Source: a virus
Lineage: Duplodnaviria > Caudoviricetes
Strand: one strand, 5' to 3'
Virus record (IMG/VR): IMGVR_UViG_3300025936_000020
Location: 1 to 64,000 of that record
Length of the DNA: 64,000 nucleotides
A program made the translations under genes and the position numbers. Shown in pieces: positions 26,412 through 35,236 of this stretch (position 1 is its first letter; every line of letters starts with the position of its first letter). A model generated the notes under the pieces. That model ran no database searches, was not told the origin of the DNA, and saw only the letters and a program-made list of their open reading frames with translations.

Positions 26412-26447
26412 TATCCATCAGTTAAACACCAAAGAGAAAGGAACGGT

Positions 26448-26621
26448 ATGCCAGCAGAAACAAAGACGGTGCGGTTCACGAAGAAGAAGGAGACACCGGG
26501 ATGCAAGGTGTTTCAGGAGCAGGAGGTGGACGGCCAGCCGATCGTCATCGGCACGCTCTACGTGAAGAATTGGTTCGCGGGCGCGGCCACCTCGGTCACG
26601 GTCACGATCAGCAAGGAGTAG
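26448..26621 (+). CDS. small beta-rich protein
   Basis: AGAAAGGA RBS; MPAETKTVRFTKKKETPGCKVFQE...GTLYVKNW. Confidence 0.65.
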   Translation: MPAETKTVRFTKKKETPGCKVFQEQEVDGQPIVIGTLYVKNWFAGAATSVTVTISKE

Positions 26622-26623
26622 GT

Positions 26624-26911
26624 ATGGGCAAACACACACCTGGAGATTGGCATTTCGATACCGTCTATTCCCTGATCCTCGGACCAAAAGGCGGCGAACA
26701 ACAAATCGCTGCGATTCACGGCAGCGACCTCGTTCCAAAGCGGGAGGCACAAGCCAACGGTTATCTTATCGCTGCTGCGCCCGTCCTGCTGGCGGCGGCG
26801 AAGGAACAGTTGGCCAGCTATGACGGCATCAACTTGGCCCGCCTGTCCAAGGCAGAGAGGGGTAATTACGAACACTTGCTGGCAGCGATTGAGAAAGCGG
26901 AGAACCGATGA
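26624..26911 (+). CDS. conserved phage protein (HTPGPW / LIAAAP type)
   Basis: MGKHTPGDW...EAQANGYLIAAAPVLL. Confidence 0.75.
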   Translation: MGKHTPGDWHFDTVYSLILGPKGGEQQIAAIHGSDLVPKREAQANGYLIAAAPVLLAAAKEQLASYDGINLARLSKAERGNYEHLLAAIEKAENR

Positions 26912-26950
26912 TTTGCCGGATGACCCGGCAGAAAAGAAAGGAAGAAAGCA

Positions 26951-27853
26951 ATGAGTGATAACATCCAAACAGGCGCAGGCACGCAGGCTCTATTGGTGAG
27001 CCTCAGCTTCGGCCTCTGCCGGCAATCACGCCAGCTTCCACGCGAAGCGGCGAAGGTGGAAGAAAGTAATAACGCGCAGCACGGCGTCGTGCGTGTGTCG
27101 TCTTTCTATTTCCAGCAGGTCAACGGGAAGGAAACGATCGACGCGCTGGCAAACTTGAAGAGCCACATGGGAGAGTGGAGAAAGGAGCACATGCGCCTGA
27201 CTCGTCCGTGGGACCAAGGCAACACCAGGCTGTTGCCGGCCGCTCTCATCCAGCAATACCTCGACATGAAGTCCACCTTCGAACAGGCCATGCCGCCGAA
27301 GGTCGACGAGTTCCTCTCTGTATATCCAGATTGGGCCGTCACTGCACCTATCCGCATGGGCAGCCTCTACCGCGCTGAGGATTTCCCAACCCTCGAGCAG
27401 GTCAGAGAAGACATCAGTTGGAACACGGCCATGATTCCGCTGCCCACGGGAGAGCAGTGGCAAAGGATCTCGCTCATCTCTGCGGACCTTGCGGCAGACA
27501 TGCAGCGGTCCACGAACGAACAGATCGCGCGCGCCGTGGAAGAGGCAAGGCGGCAGACATGGACCGACGTGCTCGCCCCGATCCAGCACATCGTTGACAC
27601 GCTCTCCAAAGACAAGCCGCGGATATTCTCCAGCCTCATCGGCAACCTCACTTCGGTCTTGGACCTTGTTCCCGCATTCAACCTGTCCGGCGATGCCGAA
27701 CTGAACCAGCTCGCAGCTGAAGCGCGGACGACTCTGGCCGGGATCGATCCGGAAGATTTGCGGGAAGACCCGGATGTCCGCAGACAGACGCTACAGAATG
27801 CGCAGGAAATTTTGCATCGCTTTGGCGCGCTCGGATCGCGCAGAATTGCTTGA
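26951..27853 (+). CDS. DUF3150-like helical phage protein
   Basis: LLVSLSF...TRPWDQGNTRLLP...YRAEDFPT pattern; 300 aa. Confidence 0.6.
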   Translation: MSDNIQTGAGTQALLVSLSFGLCRQSRQLPREAAKVEESNNAQHGVVRVSSFYFQQVNGKETIDALANLKSHMGEWRKEHMRLTRPWDQGNTRLLPAALIQQYLDMKSTFEQAMPPKVDEFLSVYPDWAVTAPIRMGSLYRAEDFPTLEQVREDISWNTAMIPLPTGEQWQRISLISADLAADMQRSTNEQIARAVEEARRQTWTDVLAPIQHIVDTLSKDKPRIFSSLIGNLTSVLDLVPAFNLSGDAELNQLAAEARTTLAGIDPEDLREDPDVRRQTLQNAQEILHRFGALGSRRIA

Positions 27854-27977
27854 CTCCGGTAACAGGTTTCGTATCGTTCATCCGCTGACCTGAGAACTCA
27901 GTGCGATTTCGCTTGCGATGGGCTTCGGCCTGGCTCGTGCGTTCCCCAATGCACCGGTTCTCAGTCGCAAGCGAACT

Positions 27978-28574
27978 ATGACTTGGTCATTCTATCTCGA
28001 AGGAGTGGAGTTCAAACCGATACCGCAGGCACCGGGGTATCTTGCATCGCAGGACGGAAGGATTCTGTCAGTCCGCAGCCGCAACTATCAAAACGAGCCG
28101 CCGCACTTGCTGGCGCTGATGCCCAATCTCGGATACAGGCTCGTTACCCCAATGGTAAACGGTGTTGTCACGCGGCTACACGTCCACGTAGCGGTGCTCT
28201 CAGCCTGGCGCAGATTGCCAAGGCCCGGCGAACAAGGGCGGCATTTGAATGGAGTCAGGCACGATAACCGGCTTATCAACTTGGCTTGGGGGACTCCGTT
28301 GGACAACGGGAGCGACACACGCAGGCACGGATCATTAAAAGGCAGGAGGAATCCAGCAGTTAAGCTGACTGAGGATGATGTCATTCGTTTGCGGACTGAG
28401 CGCCGATACAAGAGCCTCAAGCAACTCAGGATGGAGAATCCACAATGGAGCAAGGCCACAATCTGGGCGGCTGTCACTGGTTTTACATGGCCCCACTTGC
28501 CCGGCGCAGTGCCAGGTGGACGGCGCTGCGTGAAGGAGTGGTACAAACAACCGAAGACACAACTCACGATATGA
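27978..28574 (+). CDS. NUMOD4-HNH homing endonuclease
   Basis: FKPIPQAPGYLASQDGRI...HVHVAVLSAW...RHLNGVRHDNRLINLAWGT...KLTEDDV. Confidence 0.85.
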   Translation: MTWSFYLEGVEFKPIPQAPGYLASQDGRILSVRSRNYQNEPPHLLALMPNLGYRLVTPMVNGVVTRLHVHVAVLSAWRRLPRPGEQGRHLNGVRHDNRLINLAWGTPLDNGSDTRRHGSLKGRRNPAVKLTEDDVIRLRTERRYKSLKQLRMENPQWSKATIWAAVTGFTWPHLPGAVPGGRRCVKEWYKQPKTQLTI

Positions 28575-28810
28575 GCACCAAAAACGGCAGTAAAGAATTC
28601 CTCTTTGTCGTACGCCACATGCGCTGGATGCGAGTCGGCGATCCGCTCACCCGCCGGATCAAAGGGGAATACATCGTCCGCTCGGATCACGAGCCTACTC
28701 CAAGTGAACTGGCCGATCTTCTCGGGTTGAACTACGACCCGAACAAGGACGACCTGGACATGCAGCGGTATGATCCGGACGCGCTGCCGGTTTTGCCGAA
28801 GAAAAAGTAA
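28571..28810 (+). CDS. hypothetical protein
   Basis: 79 aa, ATGA overlap. Confidence 0.65.
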   Translation: MSTKNGSKEFLFVVRHMRWMRVGDPLTRRIKGEYIVRSDHEPTPSELADLLGLNYDPNKDDLDMQRYDPDALPVLPKKK

Positions 28811-28836
28811 ACCAACAAAAACAGAAAGGAATAGCA

Positions 28837-29244
28837 ATGTCCCACTTATTAACCGCACCGCTCCGGATCAAGAGCATCCCCGATCTCAGGCGCGCCGCTC
28901 AAGCACTGGGCGGAGAGCTGGAGGAGTCGGCGGTGTTCACGTCTTACGAAGGGGAATACAACAAGTGCAACTATAGGATTAAGCTGCCGGGCGTCCGATA
29001 CCAAATCGGAATCCAGTTGCAGAAGCATGGCACGTATGCGATGGCGCATGACCCGTTCGGTTATCAGAATTCCATTCACGACGGGCATAAACTCGTCGAG
29101 AAATTCGGAGAGGGACTGCGCAAACTCTCCGAGGAATACACCGCCCAGGTCGTGACCACGCAGGCCAGAAAGAAGATCGGGTGGACCGTGGTTCGGAAGC
29201 GGTTGAAGAACGGCCGGCTGCAGCTTCGCATGGTCCACGCTTAG
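28837..29244 (+). CDS. DUF1257 / Ycf35-like protein
   Basis: MSHLLTAPLRIKSIPDLRRAAQALG...YQIG...YAMAHDP...YTAQVV...GWTV...NGRLQL. Confidence 0.7.
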   Translation: MSHLLTAPLRIKSIPDLRRAAQALGGELEESAVFTSYEGEYNKCNYRIKLPGVRYQIGIQLQKHGTYAMAHDPFGYQNSIHDGHKLVEKFGEGLRKLSEEYTAQVVTTQARKKIGWTVVRKRLKNGRLQLRMVHA

Positions 29245-29275
29245 GGAAAAACAAAGGCAAAAGAAAGGCATAGTT

Positions 29276-29467
29276 ATGGCAAAAGAAATCATCATCGAGA
29301 TCGGGGAGAACGGTGAGATCGAGCTGCGCGCCGAGGGTTACAAGGGGAAACAGTGCAAGGCGGATAGCAAGGATATCGAAGAAGCGCTCGGGATCAGCGA
29401 CGGCAAGCGGAAGACATTACCCGAGTACCACCTGACCGAGGTCGTCAAACAGAAACAGAAAGCCTAG
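29276..29467 (+). CDS. DUF2997-like protein
   Basis: KEIIIEIGENGEIELRAEGYKGKQC...IEEALG...LPEY. Confidence 0.75.
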   Translation: MAKEIIIEIGENGEIELRAEGYKGKQCKADSKDIEEALGISDGKRKTLPEYHLTEVVKQKQKA

Positions 29468-29469
29468 CC

Positions 29470-29799
29470 GTGAAACCCAAAACCGAAGTCATCACCATCA
29501 GCGAGGATGGAAAGTCCGTCGAGTTCATCGAGGGGTCCTCCCTTGATCTTCCGCTCGGCAACGGTAAGCGGATCAGGCTCTCGCACATCAGGCCGGATAA
29601 GTTCTGGAAGAAGGCGGCGTTCATCATTCTCCGGAAAATGTTCGGGGACACGGGCAATATCGCCTTCTGGACTCGGAAGTGGCGTGGGCCTTGGAGGGCA
29701 ACCATCATCTCCACCGGACAGACCGCAGTGTTCGAGACCAGGGAAGAAGCCATCCAATTTGAGTTGGAGATTCTTAACGGAGCGTTGTTCGATCTATGA
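29470..29799 (+). CDS. hypothetical protein of the AAA module
   Basis: VITISEDGKSVEFI...RLSHIRP...FETREEAIQFE. Confidence 0.7.
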   Translation: MKPKTEVITISEDGKSVEFIEGSSLDLPLGNGKRIRLSHIRPDKFWKKAAFIILRKMFGDTGNIAFWTRKWRGPWRATIISTGQTAVFETREEAIQFELEILNGALFDL

Positions 29800-30041
29800 A
29801 CGTCATCACTCCAACCCCGACCGGGATCACGGTGGCGAACCTCAAGCAGTGGCTTGAGAGATTGCCTCCTGAATTCCAGAACGCGCCGGTCGAGGCTTTG
29901 GTTCACGGCTGTCCGTGCAACCTTAAGCGGATCGTGGCCTACAGCACCGAGGACGGTAGACGTGCGGTCGTTGCAAATCCGATGGGCACGCATCTGCCGT
30001 TCGATGATTCCTTGAAGTGGTACTTCTCACTGCAAGGATAG
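29796..30041 (+). CDS. hypothetical protein
   Basis: ITVANLKQWLERLPPE; 81 aa. Confidence 0.65.
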   Translation: MNVITPTPTGITVANLKQWLERLPPEFQNAPVEALVHGCPCNLKRIVAYSTEDGRRAVVANPMGTHLPFDDSLKWYFSLQG

Positions 30042-30054
30042 AAAGGATTTTGCA

Positions 30055-30378
30055 ATGCCAAGATCACTAACCAAAGTTTGGGTGTTCGCTTCGAACAGTG
30101 ATCCAAACCGGCGCTATCAGACGCTGCAATTCTCTGACGGAGCAATTTCTTGTGAGTGCCCGGGGTGGACGAGACGGGCAGTACGCTCCTGCCGCCACAC
30201 TCGCTCCGTTGAATTGGGCACGGCGGATTCCGAGTGCGTCACGTTCAGGGAATATCCTGAAGCAAAAGCTTTCCCAGCAGTACCGCAACACCAACCAAGA
30301 AAGGACGACAGCAATGCCAAAACAAAAGACGGAACGACCGACACCAACGTCGGAAAGTTCAAACGGCGAATCGTGTAA
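30055..30378 (+). CDS. SWIM-type zinc-finger protein
   Basis: SCECPGW...CRH. Confidence 0.75.
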   Translation: MPRSLTKVWVFASNSDPNRRYQTLQFSDGAISCECPGWTRRAVRSCRHTRSVELGTADSECVTFREYPEAKAFPAVPQHQPRKDDSNAKTKDGTTDTNVGKFKRRIV

Positions 30379-31924
30379 CGAGCAGCTCACCGCCTACATC
30401 CGGAGCGGGAAATCGGGCATATATCTCACCACGTTCGAGGAGGTCCGGGCCGAAGCGGAGATGCTCAAGATCATCCCGTTCCTCAACTCGGTGAAGAAGA
30501 ATCCCAAGGACAAGGACTGGGATTTCTATATCTGGTCGGCGTGCAAAGGGATAACCAAGCTGACCATGCCCGGAGGCGGCAAGCCCGGCAAGATCGAGGA
30601 GACGGAGAACCCGATGGAGATGCTGGAGAACTGGATGACCAAGTGCCCGGAGAGATCGCTGATGTTGGCTCAGGACTTCCACGGATTCCTGGCCGGCGAT
30701 CCTGATCCAATCCTCGTGCGAAATCTCAAGGAAGCGCTGATGGCTGGCAAGCAGCTCAACAAGGTGTTCATCATCTGCGGTGCCAAGTTCAATCTGCCGA
30801 TCGAGCTGCACAAGGAGATGGCCCAGGTGGACTTCAAGTTGCCAGGCAAGGAGCAGCTCGGAGTTGTGCTGGATGCAATCGCCAGCGGATCGGGCATTCA
30901 CCTGGACGAAGAGGAAAGAGACGCGGTGTTGGATGCAGCTTCCGGACTGACAACATCGGAAGCCGAGGACGCATTCGCCATGAGCATCGTGAAGCGGGAG
31001 AACATCCTGCCTGCGATCATCGCCAAGGAGAAGGCGAACACGGTGAAGAAGAACGGGATCTTGGAGATCGTCGAGAGTCCTCTGAAACGGGACGACATCG
31101 CAGGTTCGGAGAACTTCATCGAATGGCTGGGCAAGAGGGCCAGCGCATTCACCAGGGAAGCGAAGGAATACGGACTGCCGACGCCGAAGGGAGTCTTGGT
31201 TTGCGGGGTTCCAGGGACCGGCAAAACTTTAGCCGGGTTCATCGCGGCCAACATCCTTGGCGTCCCGATGCTAAAGCTGGATGTCGGCAGGGTGTTCGCC
31301 GGTCACGTCGGCGAGTCGGAAGCCAACATGCGGATCGTCATTGACACGGCTGAAGCGGTTGCGCCCTGCGTCCTCTTCCTTGACGAAATTGAGAAAGCGT
31401 TCTCCGGCACAAAGTCCAGCGGACAGACGGACGGCGGAACAACGAGCAGGGTGTTCGGCACGTTCCTGTCGTGGTTGCAGGACAAGACGGCCCCGGTCTT
31501 CGTCTTCGCCACAGCGAACAGTATCACATCGCTGCCGCCTGAGTTCCTGAGGAAGGGAAGGTTTGATGATTTGTGGTACGTCGACTTGCCCAATGCGGAG
31601 GAGAGGGAAGCGATCTGGCGGTTGCACATAGCCAAGCGAGGACGCAAGCCCGACAAGTTCGACCTGGCAGCGCTGGCCGCGCAGACCGAGGGTTACACTG
31701 GTGCCGAGATCGAGGCGATGGTGGCCGAGTCGTTGTATGCCAGCTTCGATGACGGCAAGAGGGAGTTGAAGGAGAGCGACCTGATCGCTTCGATCCACAA
31801 CACCGTTCCGCTATCCCGGACGATGGCGGGTGAGATCGATGCGCTGCGGGCATGGGCGAACGGAAGGGCGCGGCGTGCGTCGGCAGTCAAGGAAACCACG
31901 GCAAGAGGGAGGAAGTTAGCATGA
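30314..31924 (+). CDS. Ycf46-like AAA+ ATPase
   Basis: AAGGA RBS; GVPGTGKT, LFLDEIEK, TANS, LPPEFLRKGRFD; degenerate N-terminal AAA domain; C-terminal VPLSRTM...LRAWA. Confidence 0.88.
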   Translation: MPKQKTERPTPTSESSNGESCNEQLTAYIRSGKSGIYLTTFEEVRAEAEMLKIIPFLNSVKKNPKDKDWDFYIWSACKGITKLTMPGGGKPGKIEETENPMEMLENWMTKCPERSLMLAQDFHGFLAGDPDPILVRNLKEALMAGKQLNKVFIICGAKFNLPIELHKEMAQVDFKLPGKEQLGVVLDAIASGSGIHLDEEERDAVLDAASGLTTSEAEDAFAMSIVKRENILPAIIAKEKANTVKKNGILEIVESPLKRDDIAGSENFIEWLGKRASAFTREAKEYGLPTPKGVLVCGVPGTGKTLAGFIAANILGVPMLKLDVGRVFAGHVGESEANMRIVIDTAEAVAPCVLFLDEIEKAFSGTKSSGQTDGGTTSRVFGTFLSWLQDKTAPVFVFATANSITSLPPEFLRKGRFDDLWYVDLPNAEEREAIWRLHIAKRGRKPDKFDLAALAAQTEGYTGAEIEAMVAESLYASFDDGKRELKESDLIASIHNTVPLSRTMAGEIDALRAWANGRARRASAVKETTARGRKLA

Positions 31925-32106
31925 AGAAGGTGAAGCGTTCCGAGCTGGCAACGATAAGGATGGTCGGCCACAACGAGAAGAAGTTCAGCGTCGTGCTCAT
32001 GCCTGAAACCAAACTCTACCGGAAACGATGGGTCGGTTTCGGCTGGGTGGATGAGGGTGAAGCCTCTGCCGATGACATCAAGAAGTATCCAGTCGTCGTC
32101 GATTAA
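31921..32106 (+). CDS. small hypothetical protein
   Basis: ...RWVGFGWVDEG; 61 aa. Confidence 0.7.
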   Translation: MKKVKRSELATIRMVGHNEKKFSVVLMPETKLYRKRWVGFGWVDEGEASADDIKKYPVVVD

Positions 32107-32182
32107 ACAATTTCGGCAGTGCGGAATAGCGAAAGAGGATGCGCGTCGGGCTCGGTTGATTCGACTGGAGGAAGGAGATTTC

Positions 32183-32440
32183 ATGAGTGATTCCCGCGAA
32201 TTGGTATTTCAATACGTTGGACGCTGTCCACAGTGCAATGCCAGGCATGTCGCATTATTAGTCAACCGCAGCAGTTTCATCCCCTATCCTTCTTTAGAGG
32301 CTGCATGCCAGTGCCAGCTTCCAGCCATTGCGCTAAAAATGGTTTTTGATGGGCCGGCAGAGGAGAAGGTTTTGCAGTCCATCACCTACGTCGCCGCCGA
32401 CACCTACGTCCACGCGACGTTCATCAGGAGGATAGTATGA
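32183..32440 (+). CDS. Zn-ribbon hypothetical protein
   Basis: AAGGAG RBS; CPQC...CQC. Confidence 0.6.
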   Translation: MSDSRELVFQYVGRCPQCNARHVALLVNRSSFIPYPSLEAACQCQLPAIALKMVFDGPAEEKVLQSITYVAADTYVHATFIRRIV

Positions 32441-32835
32441 AGAGAGAGATCATTGAAGACGACGAGCGTGCCAAGGCCATCGCGGATAGTCACGGAGCGA
32501 GCGAAGGGATGATTGCTGCGGCAGAGAAGCAACTACCAGAATCAACGGCCGCCGGTATTGGCATCGTGATCGTAGCCAAGCGAGCCATGCCCATCGAAGC
32601 GACAGGCCTGGGCGGTCCATTCGAGTTCGTGTCCATCTTCTACTTCGCCGGGTTCATCGAAGGCGAGAACGGGTGGTCGGTGATCCGCTGGTACGACGTG
32701 GGCTGGGAGGACATGCCGCAGCTCGTCGAAGAGATGACCCGCGCCGAGAAAGAGCTGTTGCCGCAGGCCGTTGGAACGGAGTCGGCAACGAAGAAGATCG
32801 AGGAATACAGGAAGTTTGGAGGGAACCCATCATGA
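32437..32835 (+). CDS. hypothetical protein
   Basis: 132 aa, coupled overlaps. Confidence 0.65.
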   Translation: MKREIIEDDERAKAIADSHGASEGMIAAAEKQLPESTAAGIGIVIVAKRAMPIEATGLGGPFEFVSIFYFAGFIEGENGWSVIRWYDVGWEDMPQLVEEMTRAEKELLPQAVGTESATKKIEEYRKFGGNPS

Positions 32836-33263
32836 AATTCGAGAGAACAACCTGCGCCTGCGCCGAGTGCGTGGCTTGTTGCAAGAGACAGGCCGGGCCG
32901 CTGGTCCCAGGCGACTTCGAAAGGATCTCCGCGTTCCTTGGCGAACCAGTGGAGCCTTACCTGGTGGCTTCACGCGGATCATTAACCCTGGACACGCGGA
33001 CCGGTGAGCTGCGATGGATCGGATCGATCACGCCGAAGATGGAGCATGGGCGCTGTGTATTCCTCGATGAGAACGACCGGTGCAAAATCCATCCTGTGTC
33101 TCCTGCCGGCTGCGCTTTGCTCGACACTCACATGGGCATGGTGGACGGTCAGAAGCGCGCCGTGTGGGTGACGATGCAGATGGAGAGCGAGGACTACCAG
33201 AGGCTCAGGTCAACCCTTCCGTCCAACCAAAACCCAGGATACCACCCAAAGGACCGCGCATGA
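32832..33263 (+). CDS. YkgJ-like CxxCxxCC cysteine-cluster protein
   Basis: CACAECVACCK...CVFLDENDRCKIHPVSPAGC. Confidence 0.8.
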   Translation: MKFERTTCACAECVACCKRQAGPLVPGDFERISAFLGEPVEPYLVASRGSLTLDTRTGELRWIGSITPKMEHGRCVFLDENDRCKIHPVSPAGCALLDTHMGMVDGQKRAVWVTMQMESEDYQRLRSTLPSNQNPGYHPKDRA

Positions 33264-33727
33264 GCGAGATCGCCACCATAAAGCAGTTCCTCGAAACCCA
33301 CATCGAACGCCTGAGATCCCACGGGGTCAACCATTGCGGGATCAACGGCTACTTCTGCATCATGGATTTCATCCTGCAGCACGGACGGGTATGGAATCCG
33401 GGCACCATTTGCTGGGGCAAAGGCAAGATGAACTGCTTCCGGCATGCGAGCAAGGCAGCGCTCAGGAACCGCGATTACACATACGTGGAAGGCTATGCCT
33501 CCCTGCTTATCCCGGTGCACCACGCCTGGCTCCTGGACAGGAACGGTGCCGTTATCGAAACGACTTGGCCGCACATGGGCAGCGCGTATTACGGGATACC
33601 GTTCCGGGCAGATTGGGTCAGGATGCAGCAGCGCGAGTCCGATCATCTCTCCATCATCGACCAGTGGACCACTGACTGGAAGACGATGCGAACACCGAAA
33701 GAACAGTGGCTGCGGTCCAAGTTATGA
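33260..33727 (+). CDS. papain/transglutaminase-like fold protein
   Basis: NCFRHA...YVEGYA...HHAW...IETTW, a candidate Cys-His-acid triad. Confidence 0.6.
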   Translation: MSEIATIKQFLETHIERLRSHGVNHCGINGYFCIMDFILQHGRVWNPGTICWGKGKMNCFRHASKAALRNRDYTYVEGYASLLIPVHHAWLLDRNGAVIETTWPHMGSAYYGIPFRADWVRMQQRESDHLSIIDQWTTDWKTMRTPKEQWLRSKL

Positions 33728-34017
33728 AAAACAAAAAAGAACCACAACAACCCACGCGCTTCACCAAGGCGCTCAACCAGATCTTCTATGATCGCGGCTG
33801 GAATTTGCCCGCGCCTTACGTTATCGAAGTGTATGAATCCCACATCCGACGGCTCGAGGCCAGGATCGACGAGTTGAACGGATCAACCGCAACGCGCCGC
33901 ATCGATCCGATAAAACAGGAAGGGAAATCAAATGCCAGATCAACCAAACTTCGAAGCAATGGAAAAACAACTCCTGCTCGAAGACGAGAAGTTCAAGGAG
34001 TTCGTCCGGGGCCATAA
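33724..34017 (+). CDS. hypothetical protein
   Basis: ATGA overlap; 3' end overlaps the next gene. Confidence 0.5.
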   Translation: MKNKKEPQQPTRFTKALNQIFYDRGWNLPAPYVIEVYESHIRRLEARIDELNGSTATRRIDPIKQEGKSNARSTKLRSNGKTTPARRREVQGVRPGP

Positions 34018-34513
34018 CAAGTTCACGATCGACCGGCTGAAGGAAGAATCCACTGAAGGACTGCACCCAGAGCTGGTCGTAATGACCAAGGACATGGATC
34101 TCAAGGAGGAGATCACCCTGCTGCTCATCGCCAGCGGCTTCAACGAGTCCGAAGAGAAGCACAAGATCCTGTTCGGCGTCGGCCGTAAGTTCTATGAAGA
34201 TCAGAAGATTCCGGTGGCCATCATCTTGGCGTCTGAAGCGTGGTGCTCGAAGCGCGCGGAGAACGAGGACTGGAAGGACTGCCAACCGCGGCACGACCCG
34301 ATGAGGACTGAGGGGATCATCGTTGCCGGGCAAAGCATGGACCAGAAGCAGTGCATGACGATCATGACTCCTGTAAAGCGGGATGAGAAGAACCGCATCG
34401 TCATCGACGGGGACTCAGATGAATCCGACGGGGCGGCGTTCTTTCTGATCTCGCACTTCTGGAGGGGCTACTTCTCGGTGGTGGCGGAAAAGGAGGCGAA
34501 GAAAAAGAAATGA
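33932..34513 (+). CDS. hypothetical protein
   Basis: 193 aa; IILASEAW...RTEGIIVAG. Confidence 0.75.
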   Translation: MPDQPNFEAMEKQLLLEDEKFKEFVRGHNKFTIDRLKEESTEGLHPELVVMTKDMDLKEEITLLLIASGFNESEEKHKILFGVGRKFYEDQKIPVAIILASEAWCSKRAENEDWKDCQPRHDPMRTEGIIVAGQSMDQKQCMTIMTPVKRDEKNRIVIDGDSDESDGAAFFLISHFWRGYFSVVAEKEAKKKK

Positions 34514-35136
34514 ACATCGGACCTGCCGACTACCGGCCGCGCTCGTTCAAGGATCTCATCGGCGTCTCGCGGAGAATCGGGGAGATGCTTCACAAGAAAT
34601 GCGAGAGGGCATCGGGCCCGTTAAAGATCCTGCTATACGGCTGTCCCGGCACCGGCAAGACGGAGTTGATCAAGATGTCGGCGGTCCAGCTCACCGGCCT
34701 GCCGCTGGATAAGTCTGGCAATTCCTTTGCCACCGAGAGCGTCAATGGCAAGAACGTCAACTCGGAGATGATCCGCCGGTGGATGGAAGGGCTGAGCTAC
34801 CGGCCGATGCACAGGTTCGAAGTAAAGTGCGTCAATGAAATTGACCGGATGCATCCCGATTCGCAGGTGCTCATCCTGGATTATCTCGACGCGATGGGCG
34901 AAGGCAGGGCGTTCTTCGCCACGTCAAACCTGGAACTCAACCAGCTCACCGAACGGTTCGAGACGCGGCTCCAGCAATTCAAGGTAGCCTCGCCAACCAC
35001 GGCGGAGATCGCCGCGTTCCTCGTCAGCCATTGGCGGATCAGAAAGGCGCGCGCGATGGAGATTGCGGTTGGTGCTCGCGGGAACGTGAGGTGTGCATTG
35101 ATGGATCTTCAGTCGGTGCTCGATGCGGAGAGATAA
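34510..35136 (+). CDS. clamp-loader/RarA-type AAA+ ATPase (short, 208 aa)
   Basis: YRPRSFKDLIG, GCPGTGKT, NEIDRM, ATSN, GNVRCAL. Confidence 0.75.
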   Translation: MNIGPADYRPRSFKDLIGVSRRIGEMLHKKCERASGPLKILLYGCPGTGKTELIKMSAVQLTGLPLDKSGNSFATESVNGKNVNSEMIRRWMEGLSYRPMHRFEVKCVNEIDRMHPDSQVLILDYLDAMGEGRAFFATSNLELNQLTERFETRLQQFKVASPTTAEIAAFLVSHWRIRKARAMEIAVGARGNVRCALMDLQSVLDAER

Positions 35137-35164
35137 AAAATCCCCCGGCAGCGGAGCCGGGGGA
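35133..35164 (-). terminator. rho-independent terminator (U-tail on the minus strand)
   Basis: tcccccggc-agcgga-gccggggga stem preceded by ataaaaaa on the + strand. Confidence 0.65.
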
Positions 35165-35236
35165 ATCTGTCCAGTTATTAACCACTAACCAATACTCGTT
35201 GCCTTTCGGCGGCACCAAGATACCGTAAGCGGCATC

